Below are positions 11,701 through 25,985 of a DNA stretch of 64,000 nt, in pieces. Position numbers and translations under genes: made by a program. Location: NCBI RefSeq assembly GCF_963921235.1, contig NC_086118.1, forward strand, positions 22,508,001 through 22,572,000. The letters are read 5' to 3'. The notes beneath the pieces were generated by a model. It saw only the letters and a list, made by a program, of their open reading frames with translations. It made no database searches and had not been told where the DNA came from. The stretch comes from Mobula hypostoma. Its lineage: Eukaryota. The number at the start of each line of letters is the position of its first letter. Position 1 is the first letter of the stretch.

Positions 11701-12719
11701 CCAAAACATAATTGCTGCTGGAGATCCCAGAAACAGTTAAAATCTATGAGCAAAAGATTGAAATCATCTCTTTGTCACTCCATCACTGATGATAAGTCTG
11801 GTCCAGTCAAGAAAGTCAAACAAATGGAAGGTTGGTTTTAAATTCCCACTCCTCTCAGAAGAGAAACAATCTAACAGGTCTTTCAGCACAGCCTTTTAAA
11901 ATAAACATCATTGCAAACAGTGTAAGTAAAATTTCCTGTGGAATGAAGCATACTCTAATACCAGTTATATATTATCGGATCAAGGTATTCTAAACAATTT
12001 ATACAATCATATAAATGTTAATGATGGATAAATGACTATTAATCTGTTAAATGACTTTGGATTTTGGACATAAAGCATAATTTTCAGTAATAGCTAGCTG
12101 ATTACATTAGGAAAAGGCATTGAAGTGAATGTATATCATTTATGTATTAAGATTACATTTCATGCTGTCATTCTTTAGTTACTGAGTTCTTCTAACAATG
12201 TGTAGCCAATGATGTAATAAGTCAGCTTTGAAACATTTTTAATAAAAGGCAAAGCACTTATATGCCAGATTTTAAAGCACTGGATAGAGAAAGATTTATA
12301 AGTACAAGTAGAAAGTTCTGCTGTGAACGTGGCTGAAATTTCAAGGTGTGATTAAAAAAATATCTAATTTATTTGAGACCAGTTGTCAATTACTTTCAGT
12401 GCGCTTGGTTGAAAGTGATTCCAGTGTAAATATGGGCTTCACTGAAGAACACCTAGGCTTGTCAGAATCAGAAAATCCAAGCTCAACTCTCGACAATTTT
12501 GATGGTATTAAGTTAGTATTGCTTATTTCTGGCACAATTTTGGTCATGATTCTGGATGGGAACAGGTTCTTCAGCTATGAAGTTGTATCAAACTAATTAA
12601 GTTAGTCCTTTCTGCCTACACAATATCTATATTCCTCCAATTTTATATCCCTCCTTTTATATTGTGCAAATTCACTGTATGCTTCGATGTTTCAAATGTG
12701 ACGAATAAAGCCAATTGTT

Positions 12720-12885
12720 ATCTCCCCCTCCCCCATCTTTTTATTCTGGCATCTTCCCCCTTCCATTTCAGTCCTGAAAAAGGGTCTTGGCTAAACGCTG
12801 ACTATCTATTCATTTTCGTAGATGCTGCCCGACCTGCTGAGTTCCTCCAGCTTTGGATTTCCAGCGTCTACAGACTTTCTCATGT
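12720..12885 (+). mobile_element. Penelope-like terminal repeat fragment
   Basis: Matches 23640-23770 (ttattctggc...cagtcctg..aagggtct...gatgctgcc.gacctgctgagttcctccagc). Confidence 0.75.
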
Positions 12886-13499
12886 ATATAATCTTCATCT
12901 TTTCTTTCTTTACCCCTCACATGCAACGTTGAATCATACATCCTCTGCATATATATACTGGAAAACTCTATGCAGTGGAAAGGTTTGTAAGAACTCTGGA
13001 ATTTAGTGAGAGCATTCTATGGGTTTGAATAAAACTTCAAGGATTGCAGAGGTTTGTGGCATCAGGGGGACAGCGGTGAATTTTGATGGGGCTAGGGGTA
13101 TAATTTGAGTGATTAATTGTGGTCACAATATCATCTCTCAGTTTCAGTAGCACGAGGGGAAGGGTGAGCAAGGCCACCTTGCCAGAGTAGGCTGAAGGCA
13201 AAATCTCAATCTTCACACATCTCGGGAGCTCCATGTCTGTGAGCTAAGATCTGCGAGATAAATGCTCACTGAGAGTTTCTAGCTGAGGTTATACTCCTCC
13301 CAGCTTTTGAACCGCCCAATCCTTCAAGGTCAGAGTGGCTGATATATTCTAGGTGTGAGTATGTAGCATGTCAAAACCTTTACCATGTCAAGAATGCTCT
13401 CTAGTTTAGTCAAAGTGAATTCACTTCCTGCAGATTGATTATACTAGGCAGCATAAACATATGAGATCTGTCCAGACAGAAGATTATTTGAGTGATAGG

Positions 13500-14410
13500 C
13501 AATACTTTTCTTATATTATCACAATAAGCCAATGCCACATTTTATTGCCCATACTTAACGGTTGCATTGTTTCTGGTGAAACCACCTGCATGGTACTGTT
13601 GGATAGGAAGATCCAGAATTTAGACAGTAATGAATGAAGGGTGAAATATTCCCAAGTAAGAATAATGAGTGACTCAGAGTGGAACTTGCAGGTGGTAATG
13701 TTTTTGAGAGCATCTCTCTCAAAAAACTTAGCCATTTGCCAAACTGCAGTTCGGATATGAAAAGTACTGCAGCCAGAGTGTGGCAGTAGTGGTGCAAGTG
13801 CTTCAGGTAGTGAATAGAGCTTCAATTGATTGGCTGCTTTGTCCTAGATTATATTATGCATCTTGCGTTTTGCTGGACCAATAATCATGCAGATGAGTTT
13901 CGCGCATTCATGTCAATGATAGAAAGATGTTTAATACTCTGGATGCAAATGATTCACAATAGGATACCCAGCCTCTGACCTGCTAATGTAGCCACAGTAT
14001 TTATATGGTCCAGTTCAGATTCTGGTCAATGGTGATTCCCAGTACGTTGACAGTATAAAGCTTGGTGATATCACTGAAGGCCAAGAGTAGATGATTAGAT
14101 TCTTGTTGGAGATGGTTACTTCTTGGTATATGTGTGGCATAGATGATACCTACCATTTCCCATCCCAAGTCTGAATGTTGTCCAGTTGCTCCTGCACACA
14201 GGCATTTTGAACAGAGTCATGATTGAAACTCAACACTTTGCAATCTTTATTAAGCATCCTGATTTTATTGTGAATGGAAGATCTTTGATGAAGCATCTGA
14301 AGGTGGTGTGGCCCAGAGAACTGCCCTGAGGAGTTCCTGCAATGATGACCTGTGACTGGGCTGATTTCCCTATAAAGACCTCAACCTCAACTGAGCTAAC
14401 TACAACTACA
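13500..14410 (-). mobile_element. Ancient, highly decayed CR1/L2-group LINE RT and 3' region
   Basis: Reverse strand reads GTPQGSSLG and LGITIDQNLNW. A related 3' segment occurs at ~16530-16740. Confidence 0.65.
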
Positions 14411-15529
14411 GCCAGTGGGGTGCCTTCTATTTAATTCAATGGATCAACGTGCTCCGACTAGTGCTGTGAAATATAACTATTAGAACAAGAGCATGAGAGG
14501 CTGGTGGAAAATAATTAACACGCCACTGAAAACTTACGTTGTCGTTCTCATCAATTAAACAATGCAACAACAATCAAGGGTGGACTTCAGTATCGGTAGC
14601 TCACAGTGGTAAAAGTGACACTTTATTTATTCAGAAGGATTCTGAAGAATTCTGTATGTTGGAACATCTTGTTGTCTGAGCCAGTAAAATGATTACACTA
14701 ATGAATGCCTGAGATTATCCTAGGTTTTTAAACCATTTACACAGTGAATGCACAGGGTTCTGAGAGAATGATGACTTTCAAAAAAATATAGATATTTCCA
14801 CCTGATATTCATTGTATGATCCATATTCTTTCATTTTTATTAATTTACTTCCAGTCACCTTAAAGAAGTTTGGCCTGCTAGCTGGAAATATATAATTGGA
14901 TGATTTACATCGCCTTAATCTTCTGTGCAAAAGGATATTATGTGAGGAAATGAGCAGATTGAACTTAAAGTGATAACTTCAATCCTGTTAGAGGATAATG
15001 CACAAAGAACTCTCAGTATAATTACAAACCAAATCAATAAATCAAAGGATTGGGACTTTTTACAATGCAGTGCATTTATGAGACAAACTAGATGTTTTTC
15101 ATTAAGTCAGAGTCTGAATAAAATTGAGGACCTAAACTTGTGCTCAGTGTGTGTATTTTGCATGAGGAATGTTATTATTCTCATTTCCTTTTTATTAATT
15201 TACTGCCAAGGATACTTGAATGTCCTATTTTTATGCTTGACCTCCTGACCAGCTGGAAGTAATAATGCCCTGAGCAGATATTACAAAGCACTGTACTTAT
15301 CTGAGATTGTATTTCCTGCTCTATCTACTTAAGTGGGAGCAAGGCTGCAGGGCATGCAGTCCTGAATTTCAATAGGCAAATGCAAGTATGTGGGTTATTG
15401 TTGATGACAACTCTCGAGGATCCAAAATCATCCTCCTTGTTTTGCTGCCTATTTAGAATTATATAACTTGTTCATTGTCTCACATGGACCTGGTTAAAAC
15501 TGGCTACCTAACAAATTAAACCACAGGAT

Positions 15530-15810
15530 TGTAAGACAGACAAACAAAAGTGGGCCATTCAGTCTATTAATTCTGCTCTGCCAATCATGGCTGATCCTTT
15601 TTCTCAACCCCATTTTCTGCCCTCTCCCTGTAGCCGTAAACCCCTTTACCAATCAAGACCCTATCAATCTCTGCCTTATGAACACTCAGTGACTTTACCT
15701 GCACAGCCCTCCCTTCCGTGGCAAAGAATTCCAGGGAATCATCACCCTCTGTCTAAAGACACTTCTCCTCATCTCAGTCTTAAAAGGACGTCCTTTTATT
15801 CTGGGGCTGA
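15530..15810 (-). mobile_element. CR1 3' end fragment
   Basis: ggccattcag...atcatggctgatcc...ctcaacccc, similar to the CR1 3' ends at 47440-47700 and 63400-63700. Confidence 0.75.
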
Positions 15811-17261
15811 GACCGTAGCTTCCCTGTGAGGACCACCAAATATGGAAAGATGGATGTAATACAGAATATGCCTTTGAGATTTTGTCATGAGAAAATCCAC
15901 AGAATGATGCATCATCAAGGAAGCAATTTCAGACATAATGCACTTACTGGCTCTTCGAAAGAACGAAACAGTTTATTTTCTCATTGATGCTCTTGGCTTA
16001 GCACTGTGTACGTTTCCTTAACAATTATTTATTAACATACACTGTTCTGGAAGCTGCTATTCAGACAGCATCTGCCACCTTTCTGGGTCACACATTCTAA
16101 ATCATAACAATTCACTCTGTAAAGGAAGGGATATAATAATTACATCAAAGCACCTGTCAAGCATTGATTCTTCACGGAAACTATAAAGCAGATTATTGTT
16201 CTGAGGTGTCAACCACATGTGGTAAACTATATAGAATATTTCCTCAGTCAAACTAAAGAAATAGATTTTAAACACATCAAATACAAGGAGAAGAATATAA
16301 AACTCTTTGTGAATACTCACATAAATCTGGAGTCAAAGGCCAACAGTTTCTTGCATTGTTCAACAATGTTGTGTTACTGCTTAGTGCTCATTGTTGGTAC
16401 AATGCATCATCAGTGAGGCAAACATTTATTCCACAATCCAAGCCAAAGAGAAACTGCTGGAGAAACTTGGGTTGAGAAGCATCATTTAGGTTGAGGGGAG
16501 TTATGAAGGTATTGATGATATTTCATTTGTACAATCCTAATTGTCCTTGATTAAGTATTGATGGACTTCCTTCTTGAACTATTTTGGTTCTTCTGGTAAA
16601 GGTACTCTCGCAATGCCATTAGGAAGGGAGTTCCAGGATTCAGCCTCAACAATAATGAAGGGCTGGTGAAATATTTCCAATTTCCAAGATAATGTGTTGA
16701 TTTGGTGGAGAGATTGAGGGTGATTTGCTTGCATCTTATGTCTGTGTGTTCTGGGCTGGCTGATGAAGCCAATGTAAGCACAAAAGATTTAGTTACATGT
16801 GAGGGTACTTGGCTGAGTAAGTGTGCAGTTAGTTTGGAAGATGGTGCAGTTCTGCTGTTTGTGGTGGGGTTCTGTACACTGTGCTCTCTTGAGACATGGT
16901 CTCGATGTTGTCAGTGACACACCGAATATTCCTTCGCCAGTTTGAGAAGTCATGGGATAGAGTTTCACTGACATAATTGAGAGGTGGCAAATTGTCCAGT
17001 GAGACAATTATAATTAGACCCTTATTGGTCGGGATATTGGACAGGGAAACAAATGTTGCTGTTGGTTCATAAATGCAGAAAACACAGGTCAGGTAGCATC
17101 TGCAGAAGGAAAACCTGAATATCCCTTCATAAGAACTGGGAAAAACAGAAAATTGGTTGGTTTTCAATAACAGAGAATGTAGAGGACAATTCGATAGGGT
17201 GAGAACAAATGAGTTAATGCAGCAGCTAGAAAAGCAATTGGGATAGGACTTTATCTGGAAA

Positions 17262-19300
17262 TGCACAGAGGACTGTGCGTCTTGCAAGACGATCCGGGTA
17301 TTCCCTAACCGGAACCCTTGGATGAATTATGAGCTCAAGTCCCTTTTAAAGGCTAGAGCTGCGGCTTTTAGGTCCGGGGATACCAGTCGCTACACGGAAT
17401 CTAGGCGTGAACTCCGGAAAGCCATTAAGGGCGCCAAGAGGCAATATCGAGCCAAGTTGGAAGCCCAGGATAACCAGAGAGATGCCAGTAGACTATGGCA
17501 GGGTCTAAATGAGATCACTGGGCGCAAAGAAGAGGCTGGAAATATCAATAACTGTGGCGCTTCTCTTCCTGATGAACTTGACGTATGCTACGCAAGATTC
17601 GAACAGAAGAGGAGCATCCTGCTCCCTCCGGATGAACCGGACTTGGTGGCATCGAGATTCATCGTCACCGAGGAGGACGTTAGAAGGGCCTTCCTGAAGA
17701 TAAATCCAAGGAAGGCGACGGGTCCAGATGGCGTCCCAGGATGGGTTCTCCGGGCCTGTGCAAGCGAGCTAGCTGGAGTGTTTGCTGACATCTTCAACTG
17801 CTCCTTGCTTCAGTCTAAGATCCCCTCGTGTTTTAAGAAGGCAACAATAATCCCAGTGCCGAAGTAGAGCAAGGTGGCATGCCTGAATGACTATCGACCT
17901 GTGGCTCCGACATCAATTGCTATGAAGTGCTTCGAGAGATTGGTTATGGCACACATCATCCACAGCCTACCGGTCAACCCCGACGCTTTGCAATTTGCCT
18001 ACCGAAGCAACAGGTCAACAGCAGGTGCCATCTCTCTGGCCCTACATTCCTCCTTAGAACACCTGGAGAATAAGGACGCATACATAAGGCTCCTTTTCAT
18101 TGACTACAGCTCTGCCTTTAATACCATCATTCCAAATAAACTGATTCCTAAGCTCTGGAACCTGGGCCTCAGCACTCAGATCTGCAGCTAGATCAACTTC
18201 CTCACAGACAGGACCCAGGCTGTAAAAATAGGGGACAAGCTCTCCTCTATAATCACTCTGAGCACCAGTGCCCCACAAGGCTGTGTACTCAGCCCCCTGC
18301 TGTACTCATTGTACACACATGATTGTGTAGCCAAGTTTCCATCAAACTCAATATATAAGTTTGCTGATGACACAGCAATTGTAGGCCGTATGTGGGGTAA
18401 TGATGAGTTTGAGTACAGAGAGGAAATTAAGAACCTGGTGGCATGGTGCGAAGACAATAACTTATCCCTCAATGTCAGCAAGACGAAGGAATTGATTGTT
18501 GACTTCAGAAGGAGTAGCAGACTGCACGACCCAATTTACATCGGTGGTGCGCAAGGGAAAAACAGGTCAAAATCTTTAAGTTCCTCGGGGTCAATATCAC
18601 AAATGACCTGACTTGGTCCAACCAAGCAGAGTTCACTGTCAAGAAGGCCCACCAGCACCTTTACTTCCTGAGAAAGCTAAAGAAATTTGGCCTGTCCCCT
18701 AAAACCCTCACTAATTTTTATAGATGCACCGTAGAAAGCATTCTTCTAGGATGCATCACAACCTGGTATGGAAGTTGTCCTGTCCAAGATGGAAAGAAGC
18801 TGCAGAAGATCATGAACACGGCGCAGCACATCACACAAAGCAATCTTCCGTCCGTGGACTCACTTTACACCGCACACTGTCAGAGCAGTGCTGCCAGGAT
18901 AATCAAGGACATGACCCACCCAGCCAACACACTTTTCGTCCCTCTTCCCTCCGGGAGAAGCCTCAGGAGCTTGAAGGCTCGTACGGCCAGATTTGGGAAC
19001 AGCTTCTTTCCAACTGTGATAAGACTGCTGAACGGATCCTGACCCGGATCTGGGCCGTACCCTCCAAATATCTGGACCTGCCTCTCGGTTTTTTTGCACT
19101 ATCTTACTTCCCATTTTTCTATTTTCTATTTATGATTTATAATTTAAATTTTTAATATTTACTAACTGTAACTATTTTTAATATTTTTAATATTTAATAT
19201 TTGTAATCCAGGGAGTGGGAAGCGCAGAATCAAATATCACTGTGATGATTGTACGTTCTAGTACCAATTGTTTGACGACAATAAAGTATAAAGTATAAAG
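17262..19300 (+). mobile_element. Young, 5'-truncated Rex1/Babar LINE (RT pseudogene)
   Basis: Peptides [64 protein letters not shown]. Stops at 17865 and 18189 and a frameshift near 18560. Tail (taaagta)n. Confidence 0.95.
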
Positions 19301-20080
19301 TTATGTTTGGCATTTGAAAAAAAAATATCTTTGGTATCCTAATTTATATTATTAACTACCTTACCTTCATATTTCATCTTTTCTTTCCTTGTGGCCTTTT
19401 CTAGTTGCCTTCTGGTGGTTTTTAATAGCATCCCAATCTAACATCCCACTAATTTTTGCTCTATTATATCTCCTCTCCTTGCTGCCATCATCTCTGCTTG
19501 TGTCCTGTTCCAATCAACTATGCTAACTCCTCTCTCTTTCCTCTGTAATTCCTTTTACTCCACTGTAAAACTGAAACATCTGATTTTAGCTTCTCCATCT
19601 CAAACTGCAGGGTTAATTCTATCATATCATGATCACTGTCTCCTAAGGGTTCCTTTATCAAATCTGGGTCATTCCACAACTCCTTTCCCCTTGTGGGTTC
19701 AACCTCAAGCTGCTTAAAAATCCATCTAGTTGGCATTCTACAAATTCCACCTTTTGGAGTTTAGCACCAACCTGATTTTCCCAATCTACCTGCATATTGA
19801 AATCGCTCATGGCTACTGTAACATTTTTACATGCCTTTTCTTTCTCCAAATGTAGTTTGTACCCCACATCCTGGCTACTGTTTTTCACTGTTGCAGATTC
19901 TTAACTCTACACAGAGGATTTTAGATTTTTTGTTCCTGTGTCACATCTTTCTAAAGATTTGATTTCATTTTTTATCAACACAGCCACTGTCCCCTGCTGT
20001 GCCTACATGCCTGTCCTTTTAATACTTGGATGTTAAGCTCCCAACTATAATCTTCTTTCAGCCATGACTCAGTGATGCTG
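19300..20080 (-). mobile_element. CR1 ORF2 endonuclease-region fragment
   Basis: Peptides MSDFNMQVDWENQVG and EPLGDSDHDMIE. Confidence 0.85.
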
Positions 20081-20589
20081 GAGGGCAGTGCCTTACTGTG
20101 GTAACAAGCTAGCAGTGACCCTTTGTCATGTGATTATATATGTGCTGTAGGATTCAGTACCTGATATGCTTCAATCATTGACTCAGCTGCCAAAGACTTG
20201 CAAAGGGATGCAACATTTGTATACTGCAATTCAGTTACTGAGGTTGGGGTGGCTGTCATCAATGTGCTATATGATATTTTATGTATAGACCTCCAGCCAG
20301 TTACATGTGTAGGCTGGAGACACAAGAGACTGCAGATGCTGGAATTAGGAACAGAAGAATCCTGGAGGAAATCAGCAGGTCAGGCGGCATTTGTGGAGGC
20401 AGATAGATCTCCATGAAGCCTTGGGTTACATGGACATACAAATATCTGTGTCAGGATGCTGCTTATTGACTTTAGCTCAGCATTTAATTCCATCATTTCC
20501 ATAGTCCTGATCAGAAAGCTACAGAACCTAGGACTCTGTACCTCCCTCTACAACTGAACCCTTGATTTCCTAACTCAAGGGTCAAGGGT

Positions 20590-20850
20590 GGCATCCGTTA
20601 GTCTCGTGAGACCATGGATCTGTGCCTGGAAAGTCTTGCTTCAGTCTGTGTTAGAGCAGCGTCTGCTGTGGCTGTGGAGTCCCACACGGGAGTGACAGTC
20701 TCGCCTGCAGTGACTGCACTTGAAGGCACTGTCCTCCAGTGTTGTCTTGGTGCTGTTTTTCCAATGAGTGCGCTTTTCTTCAGCAGCAAGCCTTAGCTTC
20801 TCTTTTCCTCTTTTTAGACCTCTGCGTAGTGCCAGCCTCCAGTGAGAGCC
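20590..20850 (-). mobile_element. RTE-clade LINE 3' end
   Basis: Peptide FKCSHCRRDCHSRVGLHSHSRRC (RTE C-terminal zinc motif). 3' UTR ccatggtctcacgagactaacggatgcc. Confidence 0.85.
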
Positions 20851-21721
20851 ATCTATGTGGACTGGTAATAACATCTCCACCTCGCTGACAATCAACACTA
20901 GAGCACCTAGGGATGTGTGTTTAGCCCACTGCTCTACTCTCTCTATGACCATGACTGTGTGGCTAGGCCCAGCTCAAATGTCATCTATAAATTTGCTGAT
21001 GGCACAACCATTGTCGCCAGAATCTCAGATGGTGACAAGAGTGAGATACACCAGCTAGTCATAGCAACAACCTTGGACTCAATGTTAGTAAGACCAAAGA
21101 GCTGATTGTGAACTTCAGAAAAGGTAGTATGAGGGAACACAAACCAGTCCTCACAGAGGGATTCGAAGTGGAGAGCGTGAGCAATTTCAAGTTTTTGGGT
21201 GTCAATATCTCTGAGGACCTAACCTGGTCTCAACATATTGATGCAACTATAAAGAAGGCAAGGCAGTGACTATATTTCATTAGAGTTTGAGGAGATTTGT
21301 TTTGTCACCTAAAACACTCGAACACTTCTACAGGTGGACGGTAGCTGCATCATTGTCTAGTATGGGGATATACTGCACAGGATCGAAGTAAGATGCAGAA
21401 AGTTGTAAGATTAGTCAGCTCCATCAAGGGTACTAGTCTTTATAGTATCCAAGACATCTTCAAGGAGAGGTGCCTCTGAAAGACATTGTTAAGGTCTCCA
21501 CAACCCAGGTTGTGCCCTCTTCTCATTGTTGCCATTAGGAAGGAGGTACAGAAGCCTGAAGACACAGACTCAATGATTCAGGAACAGCTTCTTCACCTCT
21601 GCCATTGATCTTTAAATGGACATTGAACCCATGAACACTACCTCACCACTTTTTTTAAATTTCTGTTTTTGCACTAATTATTTTAATTTCACTATTTAAT
21701 AGACATATTTATACTTAGTGT

Positions 21722-22009
21722 GATAGGCATCCGTTGGTCTCGTGGATTTGCGCCTTGGAAGGTTTTCAGGGAGCAGGCCTGGGCATGGTTGTATGGAAGA
21801 CCGGCAGTTGCCCATGCTACAAATCTCCCCTCTCCACACCACCTATGTTGTCCAAGGGAAGGGCACTAGGGCCGATGCAGCTTGGCACCAGTGTCATAGC
21901 AGAGCAATGTGTGGTTAAGTGCCTTGCTCAAGGATACAACACGCTGCCTCAGCTGAGCGACCTTCAGATCACCAGACCGACACCTTAACCACTTGGCCAC
22001 GCACCAACA
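21722..22009 (-). mobile_element. tRNA-head SINE with an RTE-derived tail
   Basis: Minus-strand head gcgtggccaagtggttaagg (A-box-like). Tail is shared with the RTE end at 20590. TSD tagtgt at 21716-21721 and 22010-22015. Confidence 0.8.
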
Positions 22010-22959
22010 TAGTGTAATTCAGGTTTTTTTTTCCATATATTTATCATGTATTGCATTCTACTGCTACTGCTAATTTTAACAAATTTCACAACAAATGCTG
22101 GTGATATTAAATGATTCTGATTCTGATCTGCATCAGCCTGAAGATATGCTGCTCTGCACTCCAAGCAAAGAAGTATGGTTTCACAATTAGTTTTTCTGTT
22201 GCAAAAGAGCTCAGTCTTGGAATGAGAACAATGTCCAGAGTAGTCATAGATTCATCATGGAATTGAAGAAGGGCATTCAGGTAATTGAATCGAAGTGAAC
22301 TTTGCAGAATAATCCAGTCAGACCTATTCTTTCACTCTACCCAATGGCTCTGCAAGCTTGCATGTATTTCCCTCAAGAGCCTACCTAATTTCTTCGTGGT
22401 ATTATTGACCTTGTCCACTTCTCCTACCCTCATAGTGAACCAGTTTCAGGTCATTACAAATGCATCTAAAAAAAGGTTCTTCCTCACACATCCCTGTTCT
22501 AAATCCTTAAACCTGTTTCATTCCACCCTTCCACTGCCACTTATGTTTGTCCACTCTGTCAAAGCTATAATAATACTGTAAACCTTTCCAAATCACTTTC
22601 AACTTTTTTTTTCTCCATAAGAAGCCACACAAGCATCTCCATTCTGCAGCTAAAATCCCTCATCCGTGGAGCCATTGACACAGCATTAGTGACAAACGGC
22701 ATGGAGCATTATTGCTGAAACACCTTGGTATTACAGATTACATGATAAAATCCGTCCAGACTTCACAATCACAGTGGTTGCCGAGGAAAGAGGGTGACTG
22801 TGGGTGACCTAAGGTACACATATAGTGGAGGTTTGCAGATAAATGGGCGGGTAGGGGTGTGGAAGGGTTTAGAGGTGTATAGGGGTATGTGGGTAAAAGT
22901 GTGTTGGGTGCAGTCGGATGTTTGAGAGTGATGACTATGGGTAGAGATGCAAATAATAA

Positions 22960-23770
22960 ACACAGAATATGGAAATCCAGGGCGACGCAGAAAACGTTAG
23001 GGGAACTCAACAGGATTCAGGGTCCAAAATAGTCCTTCCAGGTCAGTCTGTCGGAGTCATCCACTGTATCCGGTGTTCATGGAGCAGCATCCACTAGATC
23101 TGTGAGAACCAATGTAGACTGGGGGGCTGCTTTATTAAACACCTTGGCTCCATATGCCATAGTAGGTGGGATTTCACAGTGACCATCCATTTTACTTCTA
23201 CTTTCCATTCCCATTTTGACACATGGTCCATGGCCCCCTCTACTGCCATGATGAGGCCATTCTCAGATTGGAGCAGCAACAACGCATACTCTGACTGGAT
23301 ATCCTTTAACCTCCAACCTGACAGTATGAATATTGATTCTTCTAAGTTCCGATAATTTCTACCCCCCTCTCCTTCCTTCTTTTCTATTCCCCCATTCTGG
23401 CTCCACTCTTACCCCTTCCCTTCTCCTTGCCTGTCAATCATCTTCATGTGGAGCCCCTCCTCCTTCCCTTTCTCCTGCAGTCCACTCTTTTCTCCTATCA
23501 GATTTCTTCTTCTTCAGCCCTTTACCTTTTTCACCAATCCCCTCCCAGCTTCTCACATCATCACCCCTCCCACCTACCCACCTTCCCCTTCAACTGGCCA
23601 CCTAGCATCTGCCAGCTTTTATTCCTTCCCTTCCCCTCACCCTCTTATTCTGGCTTCTTCCCCCTTCTTTTCCAGTCTTGTTGAAGGGTCTCGGACCAAA
23701 ACATCAACTCTATTCCCCTCCATAGATGCTGCCTGACCTGCTGAGTTCCTTCAGCATTTTGTGTGTTACT
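22960..23770 (+). mobile_element. Penelope-like element 3' part (decayed GIY-YIG endonuclease and terminal repeat) with a short inverted terminal piece at its 5' end
   Basis: Degenerate GVIHCIRCS...RLGGCFIKHL and RLEQQ peptides, then a pyrimidine-rich UTR and terminal repeat. 22960-23013 is an inverted copy of the terminal repeat. Confidence 0.8.
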
Positions 23771-25884
23771 ATGGGTAGAGGATAGTGTATTACTGATTGT
23801 GGGTGATTGATAGCGATGGTGTGAAGGGGCTGTGGGATACGGATACTGCTGTTGAAGGCAAAACCATTGAGGCAATATCCAATGAGGTCGTATATCTTTT
23901 TCAAATATCTATTGCTCCGTGCTCCTTGGAGTGGCCTTCTCAGTGATCAAGAATTCTGTCACGTTTTGCTCTCCTTTTCTGATGGTAGTCCCTTGAGGGT
24001 TTTTGTACTCATAGTGCCTCCTCACCCACATGAAACCAATCGATCTCTCGTCAACACTGTCACTGCAGTCACTAAAATAGGGACCGGGAACTGTTCCCCT
24101 TCTCTCTGCTGCCTCTGTTTCTTCAGCCTCAGTTAGGCTGCAGCCCTGTCAAGATGGTAGGGTGAGTGGAGATGATGCCCAGTTTACATTAAAACCTAAT
24201 CAGAATCATGCAGTTGTTTTGTGGTTAGCATAATATGCAAAAGTTTTTGTAACACCACAAGCAGGGAACTGAGGAATTTCCATGTGATAAAATGCTGTCA
24301 GTTCAATGGATTGCAGACCAGCACAATTCCTGCTAACTAACCAAAGCAAGGACATTCAGTCTTGATCAATTGGTGTATTAAAGATTCATTTTTAGTAAGC
24401 TTGTTCCTTGCTACATTCCCATTCCCAGCCATACCTACACAAGCAAGACCATCTTCCAACTGATTGAAAACAATGATGCATTTCTAATGGTTTGACAGAG
24501 TTGTTGAATATCAGTAGGAGTGTTTGATTTGAGCTTGTTAGTGTGAGCAGAGACACGTAAAAGAGCTTCCACCTCTTTAATTATAGAGGAGCTTAGAGAC
24601 TGAGCAGTTCTTGTCATTTGAAAATGTAAACAGTCTAATGAGAGGTCTAGAAGGATTTGCTACATTTGACTTCACTTTAATGACTGTCAACAAAACACAG
24701 CAATGCCTTTTTTACAGTCATTTTCATTATTTTCTTACTTTTTTAAAAATCTATGCTGGAAGCTTACAATGAAATAAAGCAACATGTGAGATGATTTTAG
24801 TCCAACACACCATCATACATATGATCAGACTAATATTTATATCTTTTGATTTCTGAAATTTGGATAGAAAAGTATTTCCAAACAAATCAAATGTCAGAAA
24901 CATTTAAGTCAGGCAGACAATGCAATAACTAGCAATGTAAAAGAGCAGATAACAATCAAGAAATCACATTAGGTATTGGACAGCAATATTGCTCTGCGTT
25001 ACTGTCCAATACTCAATCCATTATTAACCATTTAAATTATTACTTTATCTGCACCCTGTTATTAGGTTTCTGAACACAGAGCACCTTTTCACTTTGTCTT
25101 ATAGTTGATAGGATAGGAGTCAGCACTTTAATCCAATAGTGAATATCGAGCTGCTGTTATCTATTATGCCACAGAGGGGCAATACACAGAATCTGGTCCA
25201 ACCCTCTTCCAGGATAGCATTCCAGTTCTGGCCACTGCTATGTGGAAAAGTCCACTGATGACTAAAACAATTATTGAGAAGAATTAACAATAACTAGTGA
25301 CATGCACCTTCTACTGCTGGTTCATTGTCTATCACCAGAACTGAAGAAAATGCAAATCATGACAATCAGTTATTGAAGTAAAATTAAGGCAGAAAATCTG
25401 TCCAGCCCCGACAGTTACCTGCTTCTGGACATCACTTGAGTTAATCAAAGTGGCTGAAGACTGGCTTGTTTGATGGTTAGGATTTCATTCTCAAGAATAA
25501 TCATTCAACACATCTGGCTGAAGGCTAACTCTTCAGCCTTATTGCTGACACTGTTCCGCGTGGAGATTGGAGGATAGTCAAGGAAGCTTCCTCTACTTTA
25601 GTTTTAATTATCTGCCACCACCGAAGACTAGATGCGCCAGAACCTCAGCGCTCTGACTTGATCAGTCATTGTGGGATTGCTTGTTTTCAGATGCATCAAG
25701 CAGATTTCCATTTAGCATACCTCGCTGCTCTTGGTGTGCTTTTGAAGTGGGAGGGATGGGGATGGGGTTCCCACATCTCATCTGTTATTGGCCTTTGGGC
25801 CTCATTGTTATGCAGTTCGTGGGCTGCAAAGACAAACAGTTGGCCAAATATATTGAGTCATTTTAACACAGTAACGAGTTGTTC

Positions 25885-25985
25885 AGTTTGGATAGACAAG
25901 AGTCTCGGCCTATAACATCGACTGTTTATTCTTTTCCATTGATGCTGCATGGCCTGTTGAGTTCCTTTAGCATTTTGTGTGCCTT
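25885..25985 (+). mobile_element. Penelope terminal-repeat fragment
   Basis: gtctcggcc.....catcgactgttt...gatgctgc.tggcctg.tgagttcc...agcattttgtgtg. Confidence 0.75.

Larger units (their letters stand above)
20410..22128 (+). mobile_element. Decayed Rex1/Babar LINE carrying two nested insertions
   Basis: Peptides LLIDFSSAFN and SPLLYSLYDHDCVA...YKFADGT. (gattct)n tail at ~22112-22128. Confidence 0.88.

Noticed and set aside
16070..16090. CTCF-like motifs here and at ~25168
   Set aside because: Spacing deviates from the core consensus by one base in both cases.
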